From assembly GCA_965248925.1 (NCBI GenBank), contig CBDFLE010000005.1:960001-1024000 (forward strand): DNA of 64,000 nt, written 5' to 3'. The stretch comes from Candidatus Multivoradales bacterium. Lineage in GTDB: Bacteria > Acidobacteriota > Thermoanaerobaculia > Multivoradales > J023. The notes beneath the pieces were generated by a model, which worked only from the letters and a program-made list of their open reading frames with translations, was not told where the DNA came from and did no database searches. Of this stretch, positions 26,701 through 35,298 are shown in pieces (the stretch's first letter is position 1; each line of letters begins with the position of its first letter). The position numbers and the translations under genes were made by a program.

Positions 26701-28852
26701 AGGTAAAGCTGGTGCCCAGGCCCGCTGCGTCGCGGCTGGTGGCCACCAGGCCGGTGTCTGAGTCGATGTCGTAGTCGGCCAGGGTGAGGATCGCGGTGCC
26801 GGTGCAGTCCACCGCCGTCGACTTGCGCAGGCTGCCACTGGCGTAGACGTGGTCGGTGCGGTAGGTCGGGCCGGACAAGCTGAGGCTGCACAAGGAGCCG
26901 GTGCCGAGGTTCTGGGTGTCGCCGCCATAGACCCGCTGGCGGGTGACGAAGCCGTTGCTCGAGGTGAGGAGGCTCACCACGTCGCGGCTCTGGCGATTGC
27001 TACCGGCCAGCTGGCGGCGGCGTTCGAGGAAGCCGGTGGTGCTGCTGAAGCAGAACTCAGCCTTCTCGGTGGTCCCGCCTTCGCTCACCGACTGCTCGTC
27101 CCAGGTCTCCAAGATCCAGCGTGCGTTGTGGCTTGGCAGCACGAAATCGGTTGCCGGATCGATCGAGCTGTCGTCGGGGTTGGCGATGATGTAGGTGCCG
27201 CTGTTGGCGTTGTAGGTGGTGCTGCTGGTGCGCACGTCGGCGGCGCCGAAGCTGCCGCCGGTGGTCATGGTGCGGAAGTGGCCCAGGCCATCGAAGTCCG
27301 AGAAGGTGACTTCGCGGAACTTGCCGCCGTCGTCGTGGAAGGTCTCCTTGCGATAGCGCAAGCGGTGAGCTTTCTCGTTGTAGTTGCCGGCGTCGCGGCC
27401 ATCGCTGTCGAACTCAAGGAAGATCGAGCGGAGCTTGGTTCCGCCAGCGTTGAAGAGTTCTTGGGAGAGAAAGGGGCCGGCTTCTGAGAAGCTGCCGCTG
27501 ATGGGATCGCAGTAGGTGTAGGGCAGGCCGTAGGACCAGCGATTGTTGGCGCCAACGGTGGAGAAATAGCTCACCGTCTCGAAGCCCAAGGGATCAGTCA
27601 CTTTCATCGAGTGGAAGCAGGGGTGGCCCAGCGGATCGCCGGGGGCTTGCGGATTTGCGGTGTCGTAGCTGTAGTTCCAGGTGGCGTAGGGGGTGGTGTC
27701 GCCGTCGTCGAGGAAGAGATGCTTGCTTTTGACTCCCCGCGCCACCGTGCCCCAGTCAGGAGCGTGGAAGAGGTCGGCCAGCTGGGTTTGGAAGGGGAAG
27801 AGCTGGTAGTCGTAGCCGTAGGCGCCGCCGGTGGGCAGGCGTAGCTTTGACAAGCCGCCCGAGAGCAGGTTGTCGACGGTCAGGTAGTCCATCTCGTAGA
27901 ACGAACCGTCGGGCAACACCACCCGGTCGAGCACCTGGGTGGTGAGGGTGTGCTCGGCTATCGGCACGCAGCCGGGACGGAAGCCGAACTGCCGTTCGAG
28001 GGTCTCGGTGCGGTACTGAAAGAGGAAGGTCGAGTTGCTTTGGCTGCCGAAGGCTTCGAGCCTCACCGTAGCGACTCTGCCACCGACAAAATCCACCGTG
28101 TGAGTGCGCCCTTGGCTGTCGGTCAATGTCCAGTCGCCATCGTTGGCATAGCGCACATTGATCCAATTGCCGAAGCGATCCTCCATCCGCGTCAGGCGCC
28201 AGAGATCGCCGACGGAGGCGTAGTTATGGAACTCGTGCAGCTCGCCGCCAGAAAATTCTACCGTGTAGCAGCTCTGATCGACAAAGGTGCCAGACGGCAG
28301 CTCGCACACCCCCGGATTGCGCTTGCGTAGACGCAAATAGGTACTGTCGTTGGTGAACCAGGTGCTGGGCTGCGGTGTCGCTGGAAAACCGCCGGGATGC
28401 AGCTCGGTATAAAACCTGTGCTCGCCGCCACTTGGATCGACGTAAATCTCGGGCGTTGTAGTTGGACTGTTACGTGGCGCGATCAGCTCTCCGAGGCTGA
28501 CTCTCCAGCCGAAGCCGGCCTGCGTCTTGAGATCCTGGATCGGCAGGCTGTAGGTACGCAGCGCGAAGGGTGGATTGATGTCTTGACATTGGTGATTCTC
28601 ATCGTACTCCCAGCCACCGGAGCTGTACGAGGCGGTCAGGCTGAAGCTGAGGGATGGGCCGACGGGGTAGGTGATGCCGATCGGCAGAGATACGGTCAGG
28701 CTGCCGTTGAAGAGATTGATCTGATCCAGGTCGCCGATTTGGTAGGCGGTGTCGGCGGTCACTCCGCGCTGGTGGCTCGGGGGGAGTTGCGCGGTTAGCG
28801 GCAGGGCGATGCAGAGGCCGAGAAGGATGAAAGTGAGAGGTCTAATTCGCAT
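23795..28852 (-). CDS. Full-length RHS/YD-repeat polymorphic toxin with Sec-type signal peptide
   Basis: MRIRPLTFILLGLCIALPLTA signal; YD repeats (FTYDRLGRL, YDGLGRR, YDAAGNL); HLDHLGTPR...PINEIDPNG core; unique tip. Confidence 0.95.
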   Translation of the reverse strand: MRIRPLTFILLGLCIALPLTAQLPPSHQRGVTADTAYQIGDLDQINLFNGSLTVSLPIGITYPVGPSLSFSLTASYSSGGWEYDENHQCQDINPPFALRTYSLPIQDLKTQAGFGWRVSLGELIAPRNSPTTTPEIYVDPSGGEHRFYTELHPGGFPATPQPSTWFTNDSTYLRLRKRNPGVCELPSGTFVDQSCYTVEFSGGELHEFHNYASVGDLWRLTRMEDRFGNWINVRYANDGDWTLTDSQGRTHTVDFVGGRVATVRLEAFGSQSNSTFLFQYRTETLERQFGFRPGCVPIAEHTLTTQVLDRVVLPDGSFYEMDYLTVDNLLSGGLSKLRLPTGGAYGYDYQLFPFQTQLADLFHAPDWGTVARGVKSKHLFLDDGDTTPYATWNYSYDTANPQAPGDPLGHPCFHSMKVTDPLGFETVSYFSTVGANNRWSYGLPYTYCDPISGSFSEAGPFLSQELFNAGGTKLRSIFLEFDSDGRDAGNYNEKAHRLRYRKETFHDDGGKFREVTFSDFDGLGHFRTMTTGGSFGAADVRTSSTTYNANSGTYIIANPDDSSIDPATDFVLPSHNARWILETWDEQSVSEGGTTEKAEFCFSSTTGFLERRRQLAGSNRQSRDVVSLLTSSNGFVTRQRVYGGDTQNLGTGSLCSLSLSGPTYRTDHVYASGSLRKSTAVDCTGTAILTLADYDIDSDTGLVATSRDAAGLGTSFTYDRLGRLTGQRPAELGWTQWTYTLPTTANPGLAPKLTEQQCQPFQTSCSGTDLMSFREHRYDGLGRRLQETVRIPIANAGQTELWHRYTTWNPRHWKTDESVWTTASAAGESRRTTYLAYDRFGRPGRVKPPEQPATFFTYQGDRVQIRRFKVQLTSGQQDTYVTEIMDGQGRLAEVCEGSSAAWSGSCGGGGLLTRYSYDDGGRLTKVCQNLAGSTCGQTRLFSYDGRGFLLSETHPEIGPSGNGRIDYRFDAGGNAISKDLIGSTAFDLSFDFDAAGRLIRVLESSNGVGSTPRLQKQFRYARTNSGSDHRAGKLVQTVRHNWVDIQNPLAPEPGSLDVKLSESFRYTGRQGLMSEKQTRYQFFAGNYAFTTGFAFDTQGNLSQLDYPSCQHADGGCATNDPQRTVNFNYEKGMLRSVPGFANNLTYQSGGMLHQLAHSDGVVDSQEVSSLNGLARPHQLTTSAGWSSGNFAYDGAGNISAIGNLAYRYDRLGRLISGQTSVGATLFTQTASFDNFGNIQQLSTPGFAALNLNPSATTNRLGLSGAQYDAAGNLTDITLGSESFDYAFDGANMMKHLRSNTDQARVFIYNASDERILTFDCFGPGATSTCTTQPASLTWTLRGLGNEVLRVYDQPAGGAFSWSRDYVHRGGQPLATIEPEGSGGEMTSHLHLDHLGTPRQITRGGQQVALHNYFPFGQEATSAEADEIQLKFTGHERDKTGTGARSELDYMHARHCSPVVGRFLSVDPAKSAKPSAPGSWNRYSYAGNNPINEIDPNGRESRAAMALEQDIQRLMRGEITQEQYIENINARGMGALFAASLLSPVDETTLVVAVTRKALPSVGSKLSAVFARLGKVFQRGSRGGAKGAASVDDLLRAGQQLDRNGLSRAGRSLQKHGDRADSVFPRSTGNAAARNDQGQQILEEILNSSNQTTRANRLGGRDIFDTASGRGVRFDGDGQFIGFLDP

Positions 28853-28864
28853 GATTGTTCTCCC

Positions 28865-29293
28865 CTAGCAGCTGGCGCTGGCGCAAGTTTCGGTCCACTG
28901 CGAGCTATTCCCGGTTTCGAAATTGTCGGCAAACAAAGGTCCGTTCGGGGTCACCTCGATAGTGGCCGTGGCGAAATTCTGCGACTCATCTTCGATTCGG
29001 TAGGTCACCGTGCAAGCCGTTCGCACCGCCGGGGTCGGGGTCAGCCGGACGACATCAAAAAGCACCTCGAAGGCCAGTGGACAAGTGGTCGAGAGGACCG
29101 TCAGGCGGAGGGCCTCGCCGTCGGGCTCTTGGTCATTGGCCAGCACGTCGATCAGCACTGGAGTGGCGGCGAGCAGCACTTCGTCGTCAACCGCGATCGG
29201 ATTGTTGTCGCATTGAGCCAGGAGCGGAGCTGTGGCCAGGCAGGCCAGGAGCAGCAGGGGGGCAGTATTCAGGCAGAATCTTCTTCGGTGCAT
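28865..29293 (-). CDS. Small secreted Ig-like protein with C-terminal LFADNFETG motif
   Basis: Signal peptide; PIAVDD...IDVLANDQEPDGE...VTYRIED...ATATIEV; 12 bp upstream of rhs. Confidence 0.8.
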   Translation of the reverse strand: MHRRRFCLNTAPLLLLACLATAPLLAQCDNNPIAVDDEVLLAATPVLIDVLANDQEPDGEALRLTVLSTTCPLAFEVLFDVVRLTPTPAVRTACTVTYRIEDESQNFATATIEVTPNGPLFADNFETGNSSQWTETCASASC

Positions 29294-30046
29294 CGCTTCA
29301 CCCTTCAGTTGGTTTTGTGGCTAAGTTGCTTTCACTACTTATAGGCGCACGAAGAGCCGAGAAGTTACAAGGTTTCGATATTTCATGGCTTTCCCCGGCG
29401 GTACGCACCTACACGCATCTACTGCTCCCCTTCGCCCTGTACGCGGCTTTCCCGCGCTCCGACTAGTACGAGAGCTCCGCCCTTCGTTCGGAACATCACC
29501 GGGCTTGCCTGGCATAGCATACCAGGAGTCCGAATCGAAGTTCCCTTGTTCGTTGAATCGACCCATGGCACGGTAGGTGGTCTGCTATATCCCTGGTCGC
29601 ACGGACGATGTTCCGCTTTCGGGACCGGAAGATCGCGTGCCCATTCCGGGCACACCCAGTCGGCATGGTTCGCACCCACCAGGCTCTGACGACACCCCCT
29701 CCACCCACGGAGGGATGTGCTTCCTTACAGAAACGTCCGACACAGACTACAGAAGACCGGGCAATCACCCGGCCGCTCTTCACCTTGGTACCTGTGGTAG
29801 CCCGTCACGGACGAATCCGCAAGAGCACTTCAAACCGCTCGGCTCTTGCAGGCCGCCGTTCCAACCTCGGCGACGTTCGCGGTCCCCTTCTGCATCCGGC
29901 CCGACCCGGACGAGGAGAGTTCCTTTCTTGACTCTCGGTCGATTCATCGTTTTCAACAAGGCGCACCAACCACCTCCACTTCCTGCTCGGAGCCGCCACT
30001 AAGAGTGGCACGGTAGAAGAGCGGTACAATAGCTCCCTACCCAACG

Positions 30047-30925
30047 ATGCAACCCTCTCCCTCATCCCTGCCCTTGAGCGTCGTCATCCCCAGTCGTGAT
30101 CGCTGCGATCGGCTGGTCGAGACCCTGCGCGCACTCGATCAGCAGGGGGAACTTGGCGCTGAGTTCGAAGTGCTGGTGGTCGACGACGGTTCGACTGACT
30201 CCACCCCCGAACTTCTGCGGCAGTTCTCTCCCGCGACTTACCAGCTGCGGCCAACCCACCAGCGGGCGAGCGGACCGTCAGTGGCGCGCAACCGAGCCAT
30301 CGCCCTGGCCAGCGGCGAGAGGGTTTTGCTGCTGGGCGACGACACCCGCCCCAGCCCTGGCGCGCTGGCCGAACATCTGCTCGCCGCCAATGGCGAGGAA
30401 GTCGGCGTCCAGGGGCATATCGACTGGGATCCGCGGCAGGAGATCACAGCGCTGATGAAGTTCTTGGCTCCGGCCGGGCCACAGTTCTATTTCGCTGGCT
30501 TGGACGATGGTTCCGAGGTGCCCTACACCGCCGTGCTGGGTTCGAATTTCTCGGCGCCGACCCGTTGGTTTCGCCGTCAGCCCTTCGATGAGACCTTCCC
30601 CGCGGCTGCTTTTGAAGACACTGAGCTGGCCTATCGCTGGCAGCGCCAAGGCTGGCGAGTCAAATATCATCGTGCCGCGCTGTGCTGGCATCATCACCAC
30701 TACGACCAGCTAGGCCCTTTCCTCGACCGACAACGCCGGGCCGGACGCGCCGCCCGCCATGCCCTATTACTCCATCCGGGTATGGCCTCGAAGGTGCTGC
30801 TACAACCAGCTCTGTGGGGTGGTTGGTTGGCACTGCGGCAACTCTTGCCCAATCCTCGCCGGCAACATGACGCCTGGGATTTGCGTTGCCGCGGCGCTTT
30901 CTTTCGCGGCCTGTTGGTCGGTTGA
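30047..30925 (+). CDS. Glycosyltransferase family 2
   Basis: LSVVIPS, VLVVDDGSTD, GPSVARNRAI, LLGDD, FEDTELAYR. Confidence 0.92.
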   Translation: MQPSPSSLPLSVVIPSRDRCDRLVETLRALDQQGELGAEFEVLVVDDGSTDSTPELLRQFSPATYQLRPTHQRASGPSVARNRAIALASGERVLLLGDDTRPSPGALAEHLLAANGEEVGVQGHIDWDPRQEITALMKFLAPAGPQFYFAGLDDGSEVPYTAVLGSNFSAPTRWFRRQPFDETFPAAAFEDTELAYRWQRQGWRVKYHRAALCWHHHHYDQLGPFLDRQRRAGRAARHALLLHPGMASKVLLQPALWGGWLALRQLLPNPRRQHDAWDLRCRGAFFRGLLVG

Positions 30926-31083
30926 GCCCCCTCCTGCTGACCAAACCCTGCTACAGGTCTTCAGCCACCTGTGCGAGACTGGTACCCTTGCCGGGGCCGC
31001 TATGGCCAGACCTCATCCAGATCTTAGAAATTGATCCCGAACGGCGGCACCATCGTCGATCGTGGGGAGCGCGGGAGAGCATC

Positions 31084-33306
31084 ATGCGAGCCAGAAATCT
31101 AGTCCCTGTATTGACCCTCTTGGCCCTCGGCCTAGCCTCGGCCGCGACTGCCGAGCGAGTAGCGCTGCGCGCCCCCGGCGGCCTCTATGTGTCTGCTGCC
31201 AGAAGTGGCGGGGCGCTGCGCGCTGACGCTCGGCAAGTCGGCCCGCAGCAGACTTTTGAAATCGTTCGCCTAGCCGGCAACAGGATCTCCTTGACCACCG
31301 AAGAGGGGCTCTACGTTTCGGCCTCGAGCGCTGACGGCGCACTGCTTGCCGATCGCCGCGACGCTGGCGTTTGGGAGACTTTCGAGCTAGTCCAGCTGGG
31401 TGGCGGCCGGGTGGCGCTGCGCGCCAACGACCGGCGCTACGTCACGACAGAGAACGGCGGGCAGCTTTACGCCAACCGCGATGCGGCCCGTAGCCGCGAG
31501 ACTTTTGAAATCGTTCGCCTGCAGCAACGCCCAGATGATCAGAATTGGAACAGCTCAGCGGAGCGCTATATCGCTCTGCGGACTGACGATGGCAGCCTGC
31601 TGTCGGCCGGCGAGTATGGCGATCAGCTGCGTGCCGACCAACGGCAGATCGGCGACAGCGAAGTTTTCCTGCTCAAAGAACTCGGTCAGGGTCGCATCGC
31701 ATTGCGCGCCTGGAATGGTCGCTACATCTCTGCCGACGACGGGCGGCTGGAGCTCGGCGGGCGGCGGATCAACACTCGCGAAGTGTTTGACCTGGTGCCG
31801 CAGCAGGGCGACCAACTGGCCCTACGGGCCTACAACGGGCGCTATCTTACGGCCGAGGACGGCGGCGGGCGTGAAGTCACGATCAACCGCTCGACGGTTC
31901 GCGCCTGGGAAATTTTCCGCCTCGAACGGGCCGATCCCTACACCACTGGCGGTGGTGAACCAGCGCTACCTCCCACCGCGGGTACTGGGCTCGGTCGCCG
32001 GGTGGCTTTGCAAACCGAGCGGGGCTACTACATCACCACTAGGCCCGACGGTGAACTGCGGGCCAACGCCAACTCCGCCGCTGAGCGGGAGACCTTTGAG
32101 CTGGTCGAGATCGACGCCGATCACTTGGCCCTAAGGGCTGCCAACGGGCGCTTCGTCTCCGCCGATGGCGGTGGTGGCGGCGAACTACGCGCCAACCGCG
32201 AACGGCCGCGAGACTGGGAAACCTTCCACATCCGTCCCCAGGGCGGCGGCCGCATCGCTTTTGAAACTGAGCGCGGCTACTACTTGACAGCTCAAATCGG
32301 TGGCAACGCAACGATGCGCGCCGACCGTTCTTCGGTGGGCAATGACGAGATCTTCCGTTTGGTGGAACTCGACGACTCGACCTACGGCGACCCCCGCGAC
32401 GACCCACACGGCCACCCCCACGATTTCCCTAACACCCCTCGCCACGATGATCCGCCGGACAACGGCTGGACCGAACCTCTGCGCAGCGGCCCTTCCTACC
32501 GGCTGACCTTCCAAACTCAGCGCGGCACCTATCTCACCCTCGACTCTCAAGATCAACTCAGCGCCCGCGGCAGCAGCCCAGGTCAGCGTGAGGTCTTCGA
32601 GCTGATCCCCTTGGCTGGCGACCGTGCCGCGCTGCGCGCCAGCAACGGCCGCTTCGTCAGCGTCGACGGCAAACGGGTACTGGCGACTGCCAATCAGCTT
32701 GATCGCTACAGCATTTTCACCCTGGAGCGCCTAGCCGAAGGCGGCCAAGCGCTGCGGGCTTGGAACGGTCGCTATCTTTCGGCCGAAGATGGTGGCGGCG
32801 GGAGCTTGACCGCGGATCGCGAGCACGCCCGCGCCTGGGAAATCTTCCGCGTCAATGTGATCAGCCAGGGTAGCGCCTCAGCACCGAATCCCGCCCCCGC
32901 ACCCTCCCCCGGCGGCAACCTCGGCGGCCGGATCGCGCTGAAGACCCAGAACGGCTTCTACCTCACCGTCTCGAGCGACGGACGGCTGCGCGCCGACGCC
33001 CGAACCGCGGGCCAACAAGAGTCCTTTGACTTGGTGAAACTCGACGGTGATCGCGTCGCCCTCCGCGCCAGCAACGGCCGCTACGTCACCGCTCTGCAAA
33101 GCGCCGACCGCGGGCTGGTGGCCGACCGCAGCGAGGTTGGCACCTGGGAGAGTTTTCGCCTGGTCCGCCGCGGCGGCGACCGCATCGCCCTGATGACCCG
33201 CCAAGCCCGCTTTCTATCCGCCGATGCAGGCGGCGGCAATGGCTTGCGGGCGGATACTTACGAGGCTGGTGATTGGGAAACTTTCCAATTGGTAGAGCTG
33301 CGTTGA
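31084..33306 (+). CDS. Secreted multi-fascin (beta-trefoil) repeat protein
   Basis: Signal peptide from ATG 31084; ~15 repeats of ALRAxNGRYVSA...L.A.R...WE.F.L grouped in five domains. Confidence 0.85.
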   Translation: MRARNLVPVLTLLALGLASAATAERVALRAPGGLYVSAARSGGALRADARQVGPQQTFEIVRLAGNRISLTTEEGLYVSASSADGALLADRRDAGVWETFELVQLGGGRVALRANDRRYVTTENGGQLYANRDAARSRETFEIVRLQQRPDDQNWNSSAERYIALRTDDGSLLSAGEYGDQLRADQRQIGDSEVFLLKELGQGRIALRAWNGRYISADDGRLELGGRRINTREVFDLVPQQGDQLALRAYNGRYLTAEDGGGREVTINRSTVRAWEIFRLERADPYTTGGGEPALPPTAGTGLGRRVALQTERGYYITTRPDGELRANANSAAERETFELVEIDADHLALRAANGRFVSADGGGGGELRANRERPRDWETFHIRPQGGGRIAFETERGYYLTAQIGGNATMRADRSSVGNDEIFRLVELDDSTYGDPRDDPHGHPHDFPNTPRHDDPPDNGWTEPLRSGPSYRLTFQTQRGTYLTLDSQDQLSARGSSPGQREVFELIPLAGDRAALRASNGRFVSVDGKRVLATANQLDRYSIFTLERLAEGGQALRAWNGRYLSAEDGGGGSLTADREHARAWEIFRVNVISQGSASAPNPAPAPSPGGNLGGRIALKTQNGFYLTVSSDGRLRADARTAGQQESFDLVKLDGDRVALRASNGRYVTALQSADRGLVADRSEVGTWESFRLVRRGGDRIALMTRQARFLSADAGGGNGLRADTYEAGDWETFQLVELR

Positions 33307-33327
33307 GGTAGAGGCTGACCACGGACC

Positions 33328-34560
33328 TCAGTGAGTGCCGCCTGCCTCTGGCAGCGCCAACTGCAAACCGAGCAGCTCGGCCATCAGCCAGGCAATGTCG
33401 GTGTTGTCGAGAGCGCCGGTGAAGCGCTCAGCACCGGCACCGTAGGCGTAGAGGGGCACCGGGCCACCGGTGTGGTGGGTGCTGTCGAAGCGGATTCCCA
33501 AAGGCTGGCCCTGACCCCCGCTGTGGATCCCGAAGTGGCCGGTCTCATGGTCGGCGGTGAACAGCACCAAGGTGTGGCCGTCGGCACGGGCGGCGGTGAT
33601 CGCCAGCTCTGCACAAGCCTCCAGGTTGGCGACCCCACGGCGCACCCGCGGCCAATCTAGTCGGTGGCCACCGGTGTCAGTCTCCTCGTCTTCGATCATC
33701 AGGAAAAAGCCCGAGGGCGAGCTAGCCAGCCGTTCGAGGGCGAATTTGGTGGCAGCTGCCAGCGTCGGTTGCTGGTCCGGATCAGCGACCGAGCCGCTTT
33801 CGAACAAGCCGAGCAAGGGTCCCGAGTCCACCGAACCCTGCAACGAATCCCAGTCCTGATGCACTGCGTAACCGCCGGTAGCGAATTCGCCGAGCTGTTG
33901 CCGTAGCTGCTCAGAATTCAGGTCATCATCCACCTCGCCGAGCAGCAGGTCGACTCCCGACCGGGCCATTTGCCGAGCAATCTCAGCGGAGTCGCGGCGT
34001 GACACAACATGGCTAACGAAGGCCGCCGGGGTGGCATCCACCAGGTAGCTGCTGGTCACCAAGCCGGTAGCCATGCCACGATCGCGAGCCGCTTCGAGCA
34101 CCGATTGCAAGTGGCGCCCCTGTGAGTCCACCCCTACCCGACCATTGAGAGTCTTGTGACCACTGGCTAAAGCAGTGGCTGAAGCCGCCGAATCGGTGAT
34201 GGCGCTGCGCCATGAGTGGGTCGACAACCAACCGGTGAAGGGCATCTGCTCGAAATACAATCGCTCGTCCAACCCCACCAGGTCTGCTCGCGCCGCCTGG
34301 ATTTGCGAAAATCCCAGGCCATCGCCGATCAGCAGCACCACATTGCGAACTTCGGTTCCCGGCGCCAGGCGTTCAAGCGGCTGCGCCCACCCAGCTGCGG
34401 ACCCCTGACGCTGCGCCAGGCGTACCACTCGGGTCAACGAAGCGTCGCCCCCATCGTGCAGCAAGCGGATCTCCCAGGGTGACTGATGCAGCCACCACCC
34501 AGCGCCCAGCAGGATCCCGAGAAGCAGTAAAAATCCGGTCAAACAGCCCTGTCTTCGCAT
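33328..34560 (-). CDS. Alkaline phosphatase
   Basis: NVVLLIGDG, TDSAASATALASG, DATPAAF, TADHETG, HTGGPVP. Confidence 0.93.
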   Translation of the reverse strand: MRRQGCLTGFLLLLGILLGAGWWLHQSPWEIRLLHDGGDASLTRVVRLAQRQGSAAGWAQPLERLAPGTEVRNVVLLIGDGLGFSQIQAARADLVGLDERLYFEQMPFTGWLSTHSWRSAITDSAASATALASGHKTLNGRVGVDSQGRHLQSVLEAARDRGMATGLVTSSYLVDATPAAFVSHVVSRRDSAEIARQMARSGVDLLLGEVDDDLNSEQLRQQLGEFATGGYAVHQDWDSLQGSVDSGPLLGLFESGSVADPDQQPTLAAATKFALERLASSPSGFFLMIEDEETDTGGHRLDWPRVRRGVANLEACAELAITAARADGHTLVLFTADHETGHFGIHSGGQGQPLGIRFDSTHHTGGPVPLYAYGAGAERFTGALDNTDIAWLMAELLGLQLALPEAGGTH

Positions 34561-34653
34561 AGTCGGGCATCTTACCCCGCCGCCAAGCTGTAGAATCCAA
34601 TCTGGCTCACGCTCCCAGCGAGCCGCCCCCAGAACTCAACCGAGGTCAAGGAC

Positions 34654-35259
34654 TTGAAGACTACGATCATCTTGCTCTGCTGCTTGCTGCCCTGCGCCAC
34701 CCTGGCCGCTCGGGCCGACACAGCCTCTACCAGCCAGACCGCCGCCAGTGAAGGCGCGGCCACTGAGACTGCGGCCACTGAGACTGCGGCCACTGAAACC
34801 ACCGTGCTAAGCAACCCGCTGCCCGGCGGTCGTCTGCTGTCAGCTTTTGGTAGCCGTCAAGCCGTGCTCGGCAGCGCCAAGCATCATCCGGGGGTCGATC
34901 TCGCGGCGCTTGAAGGCGTGCCGGTGATCGCCCCGGCCGATGGTACGGTGATGCTGGCCACAGACCCCACGGAACGACCGGGTAAAGGAGCCATGCTGAT
35001 TCTCGACCATGGCCCCGAACTCAAGACCTTCTTCAACCATATGGGAGAGCTGGTGGTCGAGGTCGGTCAGGAAGTCAAGCGCGGCGACATCGTCGGCTAC
35101 CCTCGCAATGCCGGTGACATGGCCGGACCGCACATTCATTTTGAAGTGGTCTACGGCGGCAAGCAGGTAGACCCAGCTGACTGGATCGACGAGCTGATCG
35201 AGCGTGGCGCCGAAAACCAGGCGATCGACAGCACCGGCCCAGGCTTGACGGATAGCTAG
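34654..35259 (+). CDS. M23 family metallopeptidase
   Basis: HPGVDL and GPHIHFEV motifs; signal peptide. Confidence 0.88.
   Translation: MKTTIILLCCLLPCATLAARADTASTSQTAASEGAATETAATETAATETTVLSNPLPGGRLLSAFGSRQAVLGSAKHHPGVDLAALEGVPVIAPADGTVMLATDPTERPGKGAMLILDHGPELKTFFNHMGELVVEVGQEVKRGDIVGYPRNAGDMAGPHIHFEVVYGGKQVDPADWIDELIERGAENQAIDSTGPGLTDS
34756..34800 (+). repeat. 15-bp tandem repeat x3 encoding AATET linker
   Basis: GCGGCCACTGAGACT x2 + GCGGCCACTGAAACC. Confidence 0.9.
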
Positions 35260-35298
35260 CCGGCCGGCGCGGCGGCCCGGCCGAGAACAGACCGAGAC

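Noticed and set aside
23795-28852. T6SS effector assignment
   Set aside because: No PAAR, VgrG or Eag/DUF1795 chaperone; a classical signal peptide is present instead.
29294-30046. RNA gene or element boundary in the ~750-bp intergenic region
   Set aside because: Only short hairpins (e.g. GCCACTAAGAGTGGC ~29995-30009) and unconvincing ORFs; no tRNA motif or att copy recognised by eye.
34756-34800. 15-bp tandem repeat as a phase-variation switch
   Set aside because: In-frame repeat in a flexible linker; copy change would not shift the frame.
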